From: Nannocystales bacterium
GTDB taxonomy: Bacteria > Myxococcota_A > Polyangia > Nannocystales > Nannocystaceae
DNA length: 59,384 bases
Reading direction: 5' to 3'
NCBI GenBank assembly: GCA_050633305.1
Contig: JBOEGF010000012.1
Location: forward strand, 1-59,384
Under the pieces are notes generated by a model. The model had not been told where the DNA came from. It worked only from the letters and a program-made list of their open reading frames with translations, and did not search any database. The position numbers and the translations under genes were made by a program. Position 1 is the stretch's first letter; the number at the start of each line of letters is the position of its first letter. Positions 18,560 through 30,083 of this stretch are shown here, piece by piece.

Positions 18560-21268
18560 TCAAGGCCCCGGCGGGGGGCCGAACTTTTCTTGTGCCACGG
18601 CGCGCACGCGGTCGAACTCCGGTTTGTCCTGGGCGGTCGCGAGCGCTTGAAGGTAGGCCTGGTAGACGCGCTGTTCGTCGGGTGTCCGCGCGAGCATGCG
18701 TTCGAAGATCGTGCGCATGTGTTGCGGTGCGCGGGCGGCTGTCAGGTAGAGCATGCCCCGCGCCGAGGCAAACTCGGGCGCAGCCTCGTAGGCTTCGAGG
18801 TAGTGCTCAACGGCACTCTGCGGAATCTTCCCGAGGTCGCTGGGGTCGTTGGTGGCGCCACGGATGGCCTCAGCGCGGAGGTGAGCGTCGATGGCCAGCG
18901 CGAACCGCTGAGCGTCTGCCGGCCACGGGGGAGGTGTTCCCGGAGCGAGGACCAAGGTGGTGCGTTGTTGAAGCATCGCCGAGAGGTTCGTCCACCCGCG
19001 GCCTCGGTTGCCCTCGTAGGCGACCTGCGGAGCCTGGAGCATCACGCGTGGGTGCAAGTCGGTGTTGCGGGGTCCGTCTCCCGCGAACGCGACGAGGCCA
19101 TCGCGGTCCATGAGTGCTGCGCCGAGCAGGTCTCGCGGTTCTTGCATCAACACTTCGGCGTAGATGGGTGCAGCCACCGCCGTCGCGATTCGAGCCGGGT
19201 CGAGTTGCAGTGCCTGAGCATCGGTGCCCCCGATCAGCGCGACCGCGGGCGTGTCGACGTTGTAGATGCCCAGCCAGGCCTGGGCGGGGTCGAAGACGTC
19301 GGTGAAGGTCCGAACCACGACCTTCAGGGTCTCCATGTCCATTTGGTACAGCGGAAGCCACTGCGCGAAGAGCCCGCCGGGGGCGAGGTGGTCTCGCACC
19401 GTTTCGAAGTGTTCACGGGCGTATAGACCACCCGCGCCGTTGCGACCGGGGTGGAAGAGGTCTGCGACGACCACGTCGTAGCGGTCGGTCGACGCGGCGA
19501 CGAATCGACGTGCATCGGCGGCGTGCAGGTGGACGTTTTCGGCCGTGGCCACACCACCGTTGATGTCTTCGAAGTAGTGCAGCTGGTCCAAGACCGATGG
19601 AACGAGCTCCACGCCGTCGACCCGCATCAAGGTGTCGTGACTCGTGGTCGCGCCGAGGGTGGCACCGGTTCCCACCCCGAGGAACAACGCGCGGGTGGGG
19701 TGGGGGTGAAGCAGCAGCGGGATGTGCCCCATGCGCCGCTCCCCGAACGCACGCGCGCCGCCCATCCGAAACTCCTGACCGACTTGGAGCCGTCGCAGAG
19801 ACGTTCCGCTTTGCGCGTCTTTCTGTTCGCTGACGATGACGAGCCCCATCATCGTCTCCTCTTGCTCGAGGACGGTCCATCCGTCGTCAGGGCTGGCCAG
19901 GACGAGGTCTGCCGGGGCGGTGAAGGTGAGCGCGACGACGCCGACGATGGCGATGAGCTGCTGCTTGGCGGTGAACCGGCGGTACCAGGTGAACACGCCG
20001 AAGACGAACAGGTACCCGTACAAGACGAAGAACAGCGCGTCTCGGTAGCCCTGTGTCGGGACGACCCACAGCGCGAACAGCAACGGGGCCGCGGCGCCGC
20101 CGAGCGTGTTGATCGCGTAGGCGCGGCCGATGCCCCCCGGGGCGAGCAGCCCCACGGTGTGGCTGAACGTGGCGCCCATGACGAGCGTTGGAGGACCGAA
20201 CACCAGCGCGGCGAGGAGCAACTCGGCACGAAGGTGGACCGTCCAGGACGCGTCCTGCGGCGCCAGAGTCTCCATGAGGCCGGGCGCGGCCGAGAGGGCG
20301 AACGACGCGACGAGGACACTGATCGCTTGCGCCACGAGCAGTCCTGCCAGGACCGTCGCGGGTCGGCCGGTCGTCGCGGGCCGCACCAGACGAGCGTAGA
20401 CGAACGCTCCAATCGAGGTCCCCAGAAGGTAGACGCTGAGCGTGTGGGCGAAGGTGTAGATCGTGTTCTCGAGGGTCTGCGAGAGAACCTGGACCCCGAC
20501 CACCTCGAGACCCACGCCGCAGACCCCGGTTCCGCCGAGCACGACGAGCAGCAGCCACGGCTCCCGGGCGACCTCGGGATCCGGGTCGGCCGATGCATCG
20601 ACCGCAGGGGTGTCTTCCTCTCCTCGGGGCTCGAGCGCGCGTCCGGCCGCCCAGCGGTGGGCGACGAAGGCACTGAGCCCGCCCATCGCAGCGAGCACGC
20701 CCGCACCCACTGCGGTCCCGAGTTGTGGAAGCAAGATGTAGACGGTGAACAGGACGCCGCCGGTGGCACCCAAGGCGTTGGCGGCGTACAGGCGTCCCAC
20801 ACCGCGGCCTTCCGGTTCGTCGGCAAAGGCCCGTCGTCGGGCTTCGACGAGCGCGGGGAGGGTGGCGCCCATGCAAAAGGTTGCGGGCAAGAGGGTGAGA
20901 GCGGACACGGCCAGTGCCACCCCGAGCGCCAAGGGAGAGTCGTTGTCCCCGGCAACGGGGCCGAGCATGGGGGGGATCGCGGTCGCCAAGGCGTGCAGGA
21001 GCCATGGGGAGAGCAGGGCATAGCCGGCCGCGACCAGCTCCAGCCGCACAAATAGCGCGGCCGGATTCTTCGCGGCTCGGACCCGGGGATGGAGCACGGC
21101 TGCTCCGGCCGCCATTCCGCCGAAGAACCCCGCGAGCACGCCGAGCATGCCCAGGGTCTCGTGCCCCAGCGCAAGCGAGAGAAGCTGCGTCCACAGCAAC
21201 TCGTAGCCCAGGGCCGCTGCGCCGGAGAGCCCGAACGCGACGATCAACCACCGGTCTTGTCGAGCCAT
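18560..21268 (-). CDS. Fused membrane (MFS-like) / spermidine synthase-like SAM-dependent protein
   Basis: [50 protein letters not shown]. Confidence 0.88.
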   Translation of the reverse strand: MARQDRWLIVAFGLSGAAALGYELLWTQLLSLALGHETLGMLGVLAGFFGGMAAGAAVLHPRVRAAKNPAALFVRLELVAAGYALLSPWLLHALATAIPPMLGPVAGDNDSPLALGVALAVSALTLLPATFCMGATLPALVEARRRAFADEPEGRGVGRLYAANALGATGGVLFTVYILLPQLGTAVGAGVLAAMGGLSAFVAHRWAAGRALEPRGEEDTPAVDASADPDPEVAREPWLLLVVLGGTGVCGVGLEVVGVQVLSQTLENTIYTFAHTLSVYLLGTSIGAFVYARLVRPATTGRPATVLAGLLVAQAISVLVASFALSAAPGLMETLAPQDASWTVHLRAELLLAALVFGPPTLVMGATFSHTVGLLAPGGIGRAYAINTLGGAAAPLLFALWVVPTQGYRDALFFVLYGYLFVFGVFTWYRRFTAKQQLIAIVGVVALTFTAPADLVLASPDDGWTVLEQEETMMGLVIVSEQKDAQSGTSLRRLQVGQEFRMGGARAFGERRMGHIPLLLHPHPTRALFLGVGTGATLGATTSHDTLMRVDGVELVPSVLDQLHYFEDINGGVATAENVHLHAADARRFVAASTDRYDVVVADLFHPGRNGAGGLYAREHFETVRDHLAPGGLFAQWLPLYQMDMETLKVVVRTFTDVFDPAQAWLGIYNVDTPAVALIGGTDAQALQLDPARIATAVAAPIYAEVLMQEPRDLLGAALMDRDGLVAFAGDGPRNTDLHPRVMLQAPQVAYEGNRGRGWTNLSAMLQQRTTLVLAPGTPPPWPADAQRFALAIDAHLRAEAIRGATNDPSDLGKIPQSAVEHYLEAYEAAPEFASARGMLYLTAARAPQHMRTIFERMLARTPDEQRVYQAYLQALATAQDKPEFDRVRAVAQEKFGPPPGP

Positions 21269-21353
21269 GCGGCGCGGAGCATACCCCGTGAAGGTTCTCA
21301 CCGCCTCAGATCACGGACCGCAAAGCCTGGGGCTCCGTAGACTCCTGGGGTTC

Positions 21354-23591
21354 ATGAAGATCGGCGTCATCGGTGGTGGTCCTGGCGGGTTGTACTTCGC
21401 GCTTCTGCTCAAGAAGCAGCAGCCCCAACACGACGTGCATGTGTTGGAGCGGAACCGGGCCGGGGAAACGTTCGGCTGGGGCGTGGTCTTCTCGGACGAG
21501 ACGTTGGGCAACTTCCTCGAAGCCGACGAGGAAACGGCGCGACGCATCCGGGAGGAGTTCGTGCACTGGGACTCGATCGATACCGGGTTTGGCGGCGAGA
21601 CGATTCGCTCGTCGGGACACGGGTTCTCCGGCATTGCGCGACGCCGGCTGCTGCAGATCCTCCAGGACCGGTGCGGCGAACTGGGCGTGCACATGCACTT
21701 CGAGGTCGAGGTTGAGGGCATTGATGTGTTCGAGGATGCGGACTTGATCGTCGCCGCCGATGGCATCAACTCCAAGACGCGCACCGCGATGGCCGACCAG
21801 TTCAAGCCCGACATCGAGGTCGGAACGGCCAAGTTCATCTGGCTGGGCACCCGCAAAGTCTTCGACGCGTTCAAGTTCTTCATTCGCGACACCCCGCACG
21901 GCCTGTTCCAGGTCCATGCGTACCCGTTCGACCACGAGACGAGCACGTTCATCGTCGAGTGTGACCAGGAGGCGTTCGACGGCGCCGGACTGGGGGAGAT
22001 GAGTGTGGAGGCGTCGGTCAAGTGGTGCGAGGACTTGTTCGAGGAGGACCTTGAGGGCCACGGCTTGATGACCAATCGCTCGTCGTGGATCAACTTCCGC
22101 CGAGTCCGAAACGCGACATGGCACAGCGGCAACGTGGTCCTCATCGGGGATGCGGCTCACACCGCCCACTTCTCCATCGGCTCGGGGACCAAGCTCGCGA
22201 TGGAGGATGCGATCCTCCTGTCGCAGGCGGTGATCGAGCACGGGGACGACGTGCCCGCTGCACTGCGCGCGTATCAAGAGGTTCGCTGGGTCGATGCGGC
22301 CAAGCTGCAGAAGACGGCGACCACGAGTCGGCGGTGGTTCGAGAACATCCGGCGCTACCGCAACGACCACCCCTTGCAGCTGACGGTCAGCATGATGAGC
22401 CGCAGCAAGCGGGTCACCCACGGCAACCTCAAGTTGCGCGACCCTGCGTTCATCGAGAACGTGGATACGTGGTTCGCGAAGCAGGCGGGCGTGACCACGG
22501 AGCCCCCGCCCCCGCCCATGTTCACCCCGTTCTCCCTACGGGATGTCATCGTTCCCAACCGGGTCGTGGTCTCGCCGATGTGCCAGTACATGGCGAAGGA
22601 CGGCATGCCGGACGACTGGCATCTGATGCACTTGGGAAGCCGAGCCGTTGGTGGCGCTGGCTTGATCATGACCGAGATGACCAACGTCTCGGCGGACGCC
22701 CGCATTACACCTGGTTGCACGGGCCTGTACACCGACGGACACACCGCGGGCTGGAAGCGCATGACCGACTTCGTGCACCGCCAAAGCGCGGGAAAGATCG
22801 GCGTGCAACTCGGCCACGCCGGGCGCAAAGGGTCGACGCGCCTGCTGTGGGAAGGCATGGACCAGCCGCTGGCAGACGGCAACTGGCCCGTATTGGCGGC
22901 CTCGGCGTTGCCCTACCGCGAGACAAACCAAACGCCCAAGGCGATGGACGAGGCCGACATGGGTCGCGTCAAGGCGGACTTCGTGGCGGCGACACGCCGA
23001 GCGGAGGAGGCTGGGTTCGACCTGGTCGAGCTGCACATGGCCCACGGCTACCTGCTGTCCACTTTCATCTCGCCGCTGACCAACCAGCGCACGGATGGCT
23101 ACGGCGGCAGCATCGAAGCTCGGATGCGCTACCCGCTGGAGGTCTTCGATGCCATGCGCGAAGTCTGGCCCGAGCACAAGCCGCTGACGGTTCGGATCTC
23201 CGCCACCGATTGGGCGCCGGGTGGACTCACCGAAGACGACGCGGTCGCTTTGGCGCAGATGCTCAAGCACCACGGCTGCGACCTCATTGATGTCTCTACC
23301 GGCCAGACGGTCTCCGACGCTGCGCCCGAGTATGGCCGGATGTACCAGACGCCATTCTCCGACCTGATCCGCCACAAGACCGGCATCGCGACCATGGCCG
23401 TCGGCGCAATCCAGGGATGGGACCAGATCAACACGATCGTCGTGAGCGGGCGGGCGGACCTGTGCGCATTGGCCCGACCGCATCTGCTCGACCCCCACCT
23501 CACGCTGCGTGCCGCGGCAGAGCAGGGGTACAGCGGCGCAGGCGTGCACTTCCCGAACCCATACATCGCGGTCAAGCCTCGCGAAGGCTGA
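21354..23591 (+). CDS. abmA: Bifunctional anthraniloyl-/salicylyl-CoA monooxygenase-reductase (FAD monooxygenase + OYE domain)
   Basis: [69 protein letters not shown]. Confidence 0.9.
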   Translation: MKIGVIGGGPGGLYFALLLKKQQPQHDVHVLERNRAGETFGWGVVFSDETLGNFLEADEETARRIREEFVHWDSIDTGFGGETIRSSGHGFSGIARRRLLQILQDRCGELGVHMHFEVEVEGIDVFEDADLIVAADGINSKTRTAMADQFKPDIEVGTAKFIWLGTRKVFDAFKFFIRDTPHGLFQVHAYPFDHETSTFIVECDQEAFDGAGLGEMSVEASVKWCEDLFEEDLEGHGLMTNRSSWINFRRVRNATWHSGNVVLIGDAAHTAHFSIGSGTKLAMEDAILLSQAVIEHGDDVPAALRAYQEVRWVDAAKLQKTATTSRRWFENIRRYRNDHPLQLTVSMMSRSKRVTHGNLKLRDPAFIENVDTWFAKQAGVTTEPPPPPMFTPFSLRDVIVPNRVVVSPMCQYMAKDGMPDDWHLMHLGSRAVGGAGLIMTEMTNVSADARITPGCTGLYTDGHTAGWKRMTDFVHRQSAGKIGVQLGHAGRKGSTRLLWEGMDQPLADGNWPVLAASALPYRETNQTPKAMDEADMGRVKADFVAATRRAEEAGFDLVELHMAHGYLLSTFISPLTNQRTDGYGGSIEARMRYPLEVFDAMREVWPEHKPLTVRISATDWAPGGLTEDDAVALAQMLKHHGCDLIDVSTGQTVSDAAPEYGRMYQTPFSDLIRHKTGIATMAVGAIQGWDQINTIVVSGRADLCALARPHLLDPHLTLRAAAEQGYSGAGVHFPNPYIAVKPREG

Positions 23592-23676
23592 CGCTCCACC
23601 ACAGGGGCACGCAAGGGGCGTCGAGAAGCTGCATCCGGAGTCACGAATCGAGGGAGGTGCTGGCCACCTACCCGCG

Positions 23677-24288
23677 ATGTCTGCTCCGTCGCCTCGTTGT
23701 CATCTCGTACCTTCCCTGCCTCGCCGGTTCGCGCTGTGGGTGCTTCTCATGGCGCCCGGCTGCGCGGACCAGGGGGATGGCGACGCGGCGGAGACCGGAG
23801 CCGGTGAGACGGAGACGGGCTCACCGGAGGATCCCGCGGTCGGTGGCGGGATGGGTGCTGTGGTTGATTCGATTCGCGGCACGTTCGTCTTCGTGGACGG
23901 CACCGAGGCCGACCTCGACGTCTCTGCCAGCTACCGACGCTTCGAGTTTGGTGAAACGGTGCAGTACTCCTGCGAAGGCTCCGACCTCGCGACCGGGCTG
24001 AGCTTGGGGGTGACTTGGCGAGATGAGACGGGCGTGGGAACCCATGCGGCGTCTTTCTCGGACGGCCCGGGTTTCATCGCGGCGTGGCCTCAGGCTGACG
24101 GAAGCGGCATTCGAGCGACCTTGCCCTCGGGTGGTGAGGTCACATTCGCGAGGGTGGGAACGCAGGCCGGCGACGTGGTGGAAGGCACAGCAAGAGCGGT
24201 GCTCATGCCCGAGGCCGACGACCCCGACGACCGGGTGTCCGAGATCGTCGAGATCGAGTTTTCTTGTTTGGTGGTCGAGGACGAGTAG
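23677..24288 (+). CDS. Hypothetical lipoprotein
   Basis: FALWVLLMAPGC, acidic linker, beta-rich domain. Confidence 0.6.
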   Translation: MSAPSPRCHLVPSLPRRFALWVLLMAPGCADQGDGDAAETGAGETETGSPEDPAVGGGMGAVVDSIRGTFVFVDGTEADLDVSASYRRFEFGETVQYSCEGSDLATGLSLGVTWRDETGVGTHAASFSDGPGFIAAWPQADGSGIRATLPSGGEVTFARVGTQAGDVVEGTARAVLMPEADDPDDRVSEIVEIEFSCLVVEDE

Positions 24289-24327
24289 CGAACGTGCTTG
24301 TCCCGGGCGTCTGCTAGGCTCGTGTTC

Positions 24328-24543
24328 ATGCGAACTGTGCTCGTCGTGCTCTCACTGTTCGCGACCGGCTGCCCCCAGCCTGATCCCGGAAAGCCCGGCT
24401 CTCCGTCCAACCCGGTGGATGTCTGCGAGGATGCGGGGCAGGTCTGTAAGACCGGAGACGCGCCGTTGGGTGTCTGCACGAAGTCCACGACGGCTGCGTG
24501 CGACAAGCCACGTGGCTGCTACGTCTGTATGTCGCAGCACTGA
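24328..24543 (+). CDS. Small Cys-rich lipoprotein (71 aa)
   Basis: MRTVLVVLSLFATGC lipobox followed by six further Cys; extended -10 TGcTAGGCT 7 nt upstream. Confidence 0.7.
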   Translation: MRTVLVVLSLFATGCPQPDPGKPGSPSNPVDVCEDAGQVCKTGDAPLGVCTKSTTAACDKPRGCYVCMSQH

Positions 24544-24599
24544 CACCGGTTCCGAGGGCAAGCGCGGGCGTCGTGGCTCAGTCGCGGTAGCCTCGACCT

Positions 24600-25433
24600 G
24601 TGCCGGAGCACGACGTCCAGCTCGCCCAACTGGTCGCACTTCTTCGCGGGCGTCGGTTCGCGACGCTGACGGGCGCGGGGATCAGCACTGACTCGGGCAT
24701 CCCCGACTACCGTGGACCGAAGACGCGGAACCAACCGCGCAACCCGATTCAGCACCGGGAGTTTGCGCAGAGTCCGGCAACGCGTCGACGCTACTGGGCC
24801 CGGGCAACACGAGGCTGGCCACGTTTCGCGGCGGCGGTGCCCAACGCCGGCCATCGGGCGCTCCGCCAGTTGCAGGACCTCGGGGTCGTCACGGGATTGA
24901 TCACGCAAAACGTGGACGGTCTGCATCACGCCGCCGGCTCCACGGCGCTCGAACTTCACGGGTCTCTACATGAGGTGTCGTGTTTGGCCTGCGGCGCGGA
25001 GGAGGCCAGGGCGTCGGTCCACGCGCGAATGGTGGAGCGAAACCCGAGCTTCGAAGCGCACGTGCTCGGAGTCGCGCCGGACGGAGACGTGGACCTGGGT
25101 GCCGAGGCGGTACAGGGGTTCGATGTGGCGCCTTGCCTGCGCTGCGGTGGTCCGCTCAAGCCGAGCGTCGTCTTCTTCGGCGGCGCGGTTCCGCGGGTGA
25201 CCGTGGGAGCTGCCTACGCCATCGTCGATGCGGCCGACGCGCTGCTGGTGGTGGGATCTTCGCTGACGGTCTTCTCCGGCTATCGCTTCGTGCGGCGAGC
25301 TGAGGCGCGTGGGATCCCGGTGGCGATCGTGAACCTGGGCGTGACCCGAGGAGACCCGCATGCGGACCTTCGCATCGACGCATCTGCGGGGGCTGTCCTT
25401 GCCGGCCTGGTCGCTGGCCTCGAGGCGGGCTGA
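24600..25433 (+). CDS. cobB: NAD-dependent protein deacylase, sirtuin (SIRT4-like)
   Basis: GAGISTDSGIPDYRG, TQNVDGLH, LHG, two CxxC, KPSVVFFG, GSSL. Confidence 0.9.
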   Translation: MPEHDVQLAQLVALLRGRRFATLTGAGISTDSGIPDYRGPKTRNQPRNPIQHREFAQSPATRRRYWARATRGWPRFAAAVPNAGHRALRQLQDLGVVTGLITQNVDGLHHAAGSTALELHGSLHEVSCLACGAEEARASVHARMVERNPSFEAHVLGVAPDGDVDLGAEAVQGFDVAPCLRCGGPLKPSVVFFGGAVPRVTVGAAYAIVDAADALLVVGSSLTVFSGYRFVRRAEARGIPVAIVNLGVTRGDPHADLRIDASAGAVLAGLVAGLEAG

Positions 25434-25579
25434 ACGGGAGCGCACCGGGGCGCGGGTCCCGGCCGGGTCAAAAGTTGGTGGTCAGCTCACGCCGCGCCAC
25501 GATCGCTCCGGGCGCGCCCTGATTTCGTGCGAAGAGTCACCACTTTTTCGCTGATCTTCGGGGATCCAGGCCGGATCCG

Positions 25580-25611
25580 ATGCAACCGGATGGGGTTGGT
25601 CGGCGACTACC
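25580..25611 (+). promoter_or_regulatory. ECF-type promoter motif copy 1 (TGCAACC-N16-CGACTAC)
   Basis: ATGCAACC ggatggggttggtc GGCGACTACC upstream of the GT4 gene; near-identical to the copy at 29986. Confidence 0.65.
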
Positions 25612-25821
25612 CCCGCGAGACCCAGCACCGCGCTGCGCTGTTTGCTCGACTGAGCAAGCGTTCTCCACTCCAGGTTTTTCGCACGGCACGATCGTGTGAC
25701 CCCGACCCCGACCCCGCCCCCGAACAACCGCTTCGCTTCGCACCGCCTCCTGCGAGCCCTTCGCCAGCGCCGGCGGACCCGGGTCCCCCACTTCTCCTCT
25801 CCCTTCCGAAAGCTTCCGCTC

Positions 25822-27051
25822 ATGAAGATCGTCGACGTTGCCGAATCCTACTCCAAGCAAGGCGGAGGGGTCCGTACGTACATCCACCACAAGTTCGCAG
25901 CGGCTCGCGCGGCTGGGGTCGAGTGCGTGGTGGTGGCGCCGGGCACCGAGGACAGCGAGGAAGAGATCGAAGGCGGACGCATCGTATGGGTGAAGACCCC
26001 GCGATCCCCGTTCGACAGCCGATACGGCCTCTTCAACGACGAGCGCAAGGTCCACGAGGTCCTCGAGCGCGAGGACGCGGATGTCATTGAGGGATCGTCC
26101 CCGTGGAACGGCGGCAAGTACGTCGCCAGCTATCACGGTCGGGCGAAGAAGTCGTTCGTGTTTCACACCGATCCGGTCGCCGTGTGGGCTCAGACGTTCT
26201 TTGGCCGCCACCTGGGCTTTGACCGCGTCGACCGCATGTGCGCGCCGATGTGGAAGAAGATCCGCACGCTCAGCGACGCCTACGACACCACGGTCGTCAG
26301 CGGCGGCTGGCTTGCCCGCCGTCTTCGCCAGTTCGGCATCGAGCGGACCTCTGTCGTCGACTTCGGCATCGACAAGCAGCGCTTCTCCCCCGGCCACCGC
26401 GACGAGAACCTTCGTCGTGAGCTCCTGGCCAAGTGCGGTGTGCCGGAGCACGGCAAGCTCATCATCGCGATCAGCCGTCTCGACCCGGAGAAGCGCGTCG
26501 CCACGTTCATCGACGGCTTCGCGAAAGCTTCGCGCCATCGCCCGATGGGCTTGGTGATCTTCGGCCGCGGCGCTCTGCAGAAGTACTACGCACACAAGGC
26601 CAACAAGACCCCAGGCGTGCACCTGCACGGCTATGTCTCTGAGCGAGACTTTGTCTCTCGCGCCTTGGCCAGCTCCGACGCATTCCTGCACGGCTCCGCC
26701 GCCGAGACCTACGGCCTCGTCGTCGCGGAAGCTGTCTGCTCAGGCGTCCCCGTCATCGTTCCCGACCGCGGCGGCGCGGCGGCTCTCGCGGGTCCCGACT
26801 ACAGCGCCCGGTACCGCTCCGGTGACAGCTCGGACTGCTCCGAGGCAATCCTCCGTCTTCTGGCTCGGGATCGGTCGCAACTCGCTCGCGGTTGCGAAGC
26901 CGCGACCCAGGACATCGGCACGATGGACGGTCACTTCTATCGGTTGTTCGAGCTGTACGGCCGAATGAGCGGTCGCACCGACTTCGCCGCACCCGACCGC
27001 CAGACCGACCGCAAGGTTGCTCGCGTGCTTCCGCTTCGCGCGGCAAGCTGA
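25822..27051 (+). CDS. GT4 glycosyltransferase
   Basis: MKIVDVAESYSKQGGGVRTY, SRLDPEK, ETYGLVVAEA. Confidence 0.9.
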   Translation: MKIVDVAESYSKQGGGVRTYIHHKFAAARAAGVECVVVAPGTEDSEEEIEGGRIVWVKTPRSPFDSRYGLFNDERKVHEVLEREDADVIEGSSPWNGGKYVASYHGRAKKSFVFHTDPVAVWAQTFFGRHLGFDRVDRMCAPMWKKIRTLSDAYDTTVVSGGWLARRLRQFGIERTSVVDFGIDKQRFSPGHRDENLRRELLAKCGVPEHGKLIIAISRLDPEKRVATFIDGFAKASRHRPMGLVIFGRGALQKYYAHKANKTPGVHLHGYVSERDFVSRALASSDAFLHGSAAETYGLVVAEAVCSGVPVIVPDRGGAAALAGPDYSARYRSGDSSDCSEAILRLLARDRSQLARGCEAATQDIGTMDGHFYRLFELYGRMSGRTDFAAPDRQTDRKVARVLPLRAAS

Positions 27052-27145
27052 ACCCTCCGTGTCAGCAACGCGTCCCGTGACGCACCTCGCAGGGTGTGTC
27101 GTGTGGCTAGGCGCGTCGTGCGGCCTCGTGCTACCCAAGGTCTAG

Positions 27146-29950
27146 ATGGCGGTCGAACAGGACGCACCGGCGTGGGCGCAGCGATTGTCGGCGTTCATTC
27201 ACCGACGCTTTCGTGTCGTGTTGTTCGTCGGGTTGGTGTTCGCGGTGCTCAGCACACTTGCCGCCACTCAACTGCGCATCGATCAGGAGCTGCGTCGGCT
27301 CCTCCCGTCCACGTTTCCCAGCGTGGTACGGCTGGACCGGCTTCAGGAGCGAGCGGGCCAGCAATCGGACCTCTACGTCACGATTCGCTCGCCCTCCCGC
27401 GAGGCAAACGTCGCGTTTGGGGATGCGGTCGTCGAACGTCTTCGCGGTCGTGAGGACCTCCGCTACGTCGTCTTTCGGCGTGACCTCAAGTACTTCGACG
27501 ACCACGCGCTGCTGTACGCCAGCCTGGCTGATCTCCTGGACCTCCGGCGACGCGTCATCGCGAAGATCCGCGAAGAGGTGCGCAAGGAAGCCTTTGGCGA
27601 CTTCTCCACCGACAAGGAGAAGGCGGAGAAGGCGGCCGAGACCGGCGGCGAAGATGACGCCGAGGCGTTGGGCTTCGACCCCGACGAGATGCGAGAGCGG
27701 TACGGGGTCTCCGAGGCCTCGCAGGAGTACATGGAGGCTGACGAGGGCCGGGTCATGGTCGTGAAGATGCGACCGGTGCGTGCTGCCACCGACCTCGAGT
27801 TCGCTGAGGGGCTCACCGCGGACGTGCAGGGCATCGTGGATGAACTCGACCCGCACGGCTTCCATCACGAGATGGCGATCGAGCTCAACGGCAGCTACGT
27901 CCAGCATCAGAAGCGACTCAAGTCGGTGCAGGACGAAGTGCGCGGTGGATCGGTGGCCGCGTTGCTCGGGTTGTTGCTCACCCTCGGCGTGTACTTCCGA
28001 AGCCCGCGCGCGGTCGCGCTGGTCATGATTCCCCTGCTCGCGTCGGTCGTGGGAGCGCTGGCGTTTGGCTGGCTCGCGTTCGGCGTCCTCAACATCGTCT
28101 CCGCGTTCATCTTTGCTGTCTTGCTCGGGCTGGGCATCGACTTCGGCATCCACGTGCTCGCACGGCTCCGTCAGGAGCGGGGGCGCGGCCTGTCCTCGCA
28201 GGACGCACTCGCGCTGTGTCTGGCGACCAGCGGTAAGACGACTGCGGCAGGGGCTGTCAGCACGGCGTTGGCGTTCGCAGCCCTGTCGATCGCCGACTTC
28301 CAAGGCTTCGCGCAGTTTGGACAGGTGGCCGCGGTCGGTGTGGTGCTGTCGCTGTTGGGCTCGGTGTTCCTGATGCCCGCACTGAGTATCGCGTTCGACC
28401 GCATCCGACCGTGGCGGCCGCCCGCGCCCACCCCGGACAACGGAGGCCTGGGCGGTTGGGGGCGAGTGCTGTCCGTCGTGTCCTTGCTCTTCGCAGTGAG
28501 CGGCACGGTCGTCGCGGGCTGGGCCGCGGTGAACCTCGGTGGCTTGGAGTACCAGCACGACCTCAAAAAGCTGGGCCCGGTCCGTCCCAAGCCCACCGGC
28601 CCCCCGCGTGCCGGCTACCGCGACGCCGTGGGCAGGGCTCAGACCGTCGATCCTGCGGTGGTGCTCGTCGACACCGCAAACCAGGCCCTCGAGGTGCAAC
28701 GCCAGCTCGATGCGTTGGTCGCGATGACGCCCGAAGAGGTCGAGACCTTCGATCCCGAAGCACCGCCGACCCGTGCGATGCCCGAGCCGCCCGCGACGCT
28801 CGACAGCAACATCGCCGAGCTCGACGAAGGCGATGACTGGGACGACGAAGGGGCGGATGATGAGGATTGGGATGAGGATTGGGACGATGACGGTTGGGGA
28901 GGCAAGGACAAGGACCTCGAGGACCCGGTCTTTGTCGCCCTCGAGACCCTCGCCGTCGCCGAGGCGGTGATGTCGTCGGATACGGCGGCGTTGCTGGGAA
29001 CCTACGACCGCCCTCGATTACTCGAGATGCAGCGCCGGCTGGCGAAGGTCTGGTCGGTGCATGCGTTCGTACCGCGCCAGCAGGCCGAGAAGCTCAAGGT
29101 GATCGCCGACATCCGAGCCCGGATCGATGGCAAACGCGCGAGCCTCTCGGCCACGACCAAAGCGCAGGTCGACGAGTGGTATCCGTATCTCTCGGTCAGT
29201 GCCCCGGTGCGCATCGAAGCGCTTCCAGGGTGGGTCACGGGCCAGTTCGAAGACACGCAGGGCGACGTCGCGCGTTTTGTGATCGTGGCGACGAAGGGCT
29301 CCAAGGCGAACATCGTCAACAGCCGGGGCATCTACGCTGCGTACGGGTCGATGACGTCCAGCGAGGGCGAAGTCGACCTTGCGGCGGACTTCTTCGTCAT
29401 TCCTGAGATCTTCGACGCCATCGACGCCGATGGGCCGCGCGTCATGGCCGTGTCGGTCGCGGTGATGCTGCTGACCGCCTTGGTGCTCCTGCGAAACGTA
29501 TGGGGTGCGCTGGGCGTGGCGGTCACAGTCGGTTTCTCGCTGATGTGGCTCGCCGCCGTGTTCTTGGGACTCGACTGGAAGCTGAACTTCTTCAACATCA
29601 TCGTGCTGCCGCTGCTGCTGGGCATGGGACAGGACGATGCGCTCCACTTGGTCGAGCGACACCGTGAAGAGGTCGAACGCACCGGGCAGAGCAACATGGG
29701 GCGCGTGCTTCGCGAGGCTGGCGGAGCGATCTTCGTCACCACGCTGACGACAGTCCTGGGCTTCTCCGGGATCCTGTTCGCAAACCATCGAGGGTTGGAG
29801 TCGATGGCTTGGGCTGCGGTGTTGGGGATGACGCTGGCGTTGGTGGCTTCGGTGGTCGTGTTGCCGATCCTGCTGCACTTGGGGCTCGAATTCGGGCGCC
29901 GACACCGCTCGCGGGCCGATGCGAGCGGTTCTGAGCCGCCGGATGCATGA
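27146..29950 (+). CDS. MMPL/RND-family lipid exporter
   Basis: Two TM repeats with GLGIDFGIH and GMGQDDALH; large periplasmic loops; acidic Asp/Trp insertion. Confidence 0.88.
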   Translation: MAVEQDAPAWAQRLSAFIHRRFRVVLFVGLVFAVLSTLAATQLRIDQELRRLLPSTFPSVVRLDRLQERAGQQSDLYVTIRSPSREANVAFGDAVVERLRGREDLRYVVFRRDLKYFDDHALLYASLADLLDLRRRVIAKIREEVRKEAFGDFSTDKEKAEKAAETGGEDDAEALGFDPDEMRERYGVSEASQEYMEADEGRVMVVKMRPVRAATDLEFAEGLTADVQGIVDELDPHGFHHEMAIELNGSYVQHQKRLKSVQDEVRGGSVAALLGLLLTLGVYFRSPRAVALVMIPLLASVVGALAFGWLAFGVLNIVSAFIFAVLLGLGIDFGIHVLARLRQERGRGLSSQDALALCLATSGKTTAAGAVSTALAFAALSIADFQGFAQFGQVAAVGVVLSLLGSVFLMPALSIAFDRIRPWRPPAPTPDNGGLGGWGRVLSVVSLLFAVSGTVVAGWAAVNLGGLEYQHDLKKLGPVRPKPTGPPRAGYRDAVGRAQTVDPAVVLVDTANQALEVQRQLDALVAMTPEEVETFDPEAPPTRAMPEPPATLDSNIAELDEGDDWDDEGADDEDWDEDWDDDGWGGKDKDLEDPVFVALETLAVAEAVMSSDTAALLGTYDRPRLLEMQRRLAKVWSVHAFVPRQQAEKLKVIADIRARIDGKRASLSATTKAQVDEWYPYLSVSAPVRIEALPGWVTGQFEDTQGDVARFVIVATKGSKANIVNSRGIYAAYGSMTSSEGEVDLAADFFVIPEIFDAIDADGPRVMAVSVAVMLLTALVLLRNVWGALGVAVTVGFSLMWLAAVFLGLDWKLNFFNIIVLPLLLGMGQDDALHLVERHREEVERTGQSNMGRVLREAGGAIFVTTLTTVLGFSGILFANHRGLESMAWAAVLGMTLALVASVVVLPILLHLGLEFGRRHRSRADASGSEPPDA

Positions 29951-29985
29951 GCGTGGGCCCCTCTCTTTGTGAGAAGGCCCAAACC

Positions 29986-30017
29986 ATGCAACCACCGGGC
30001 GCTCGGGGGCGACAACC
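29986..30017 (+). promoter_or_regulatory. ECF-type promoter motif copy 2 (TGCAACC-N16-CGACAAC)
   Basis: ATGCAACC accgggcgctcggg GGCGACAACC, ~65 nt upstream of the PHP-GT4 ATG. Confidence 0.65.
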
Positions 30018-30083
30018 GTTCCTGACAGCAACGTCCCGTCCCGCCCCCGGAGACGCGGAGTTGGCGCGTCAACCGAGGACCCT

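Noticed and set aside
24600..25433. Sirtuin as an anti-phage Sir2 effector (Thoeris/DSR)
   Set aside because: Canonical Zn-binding SIRT4-like deacylase, no defence neighbours or extra domains.
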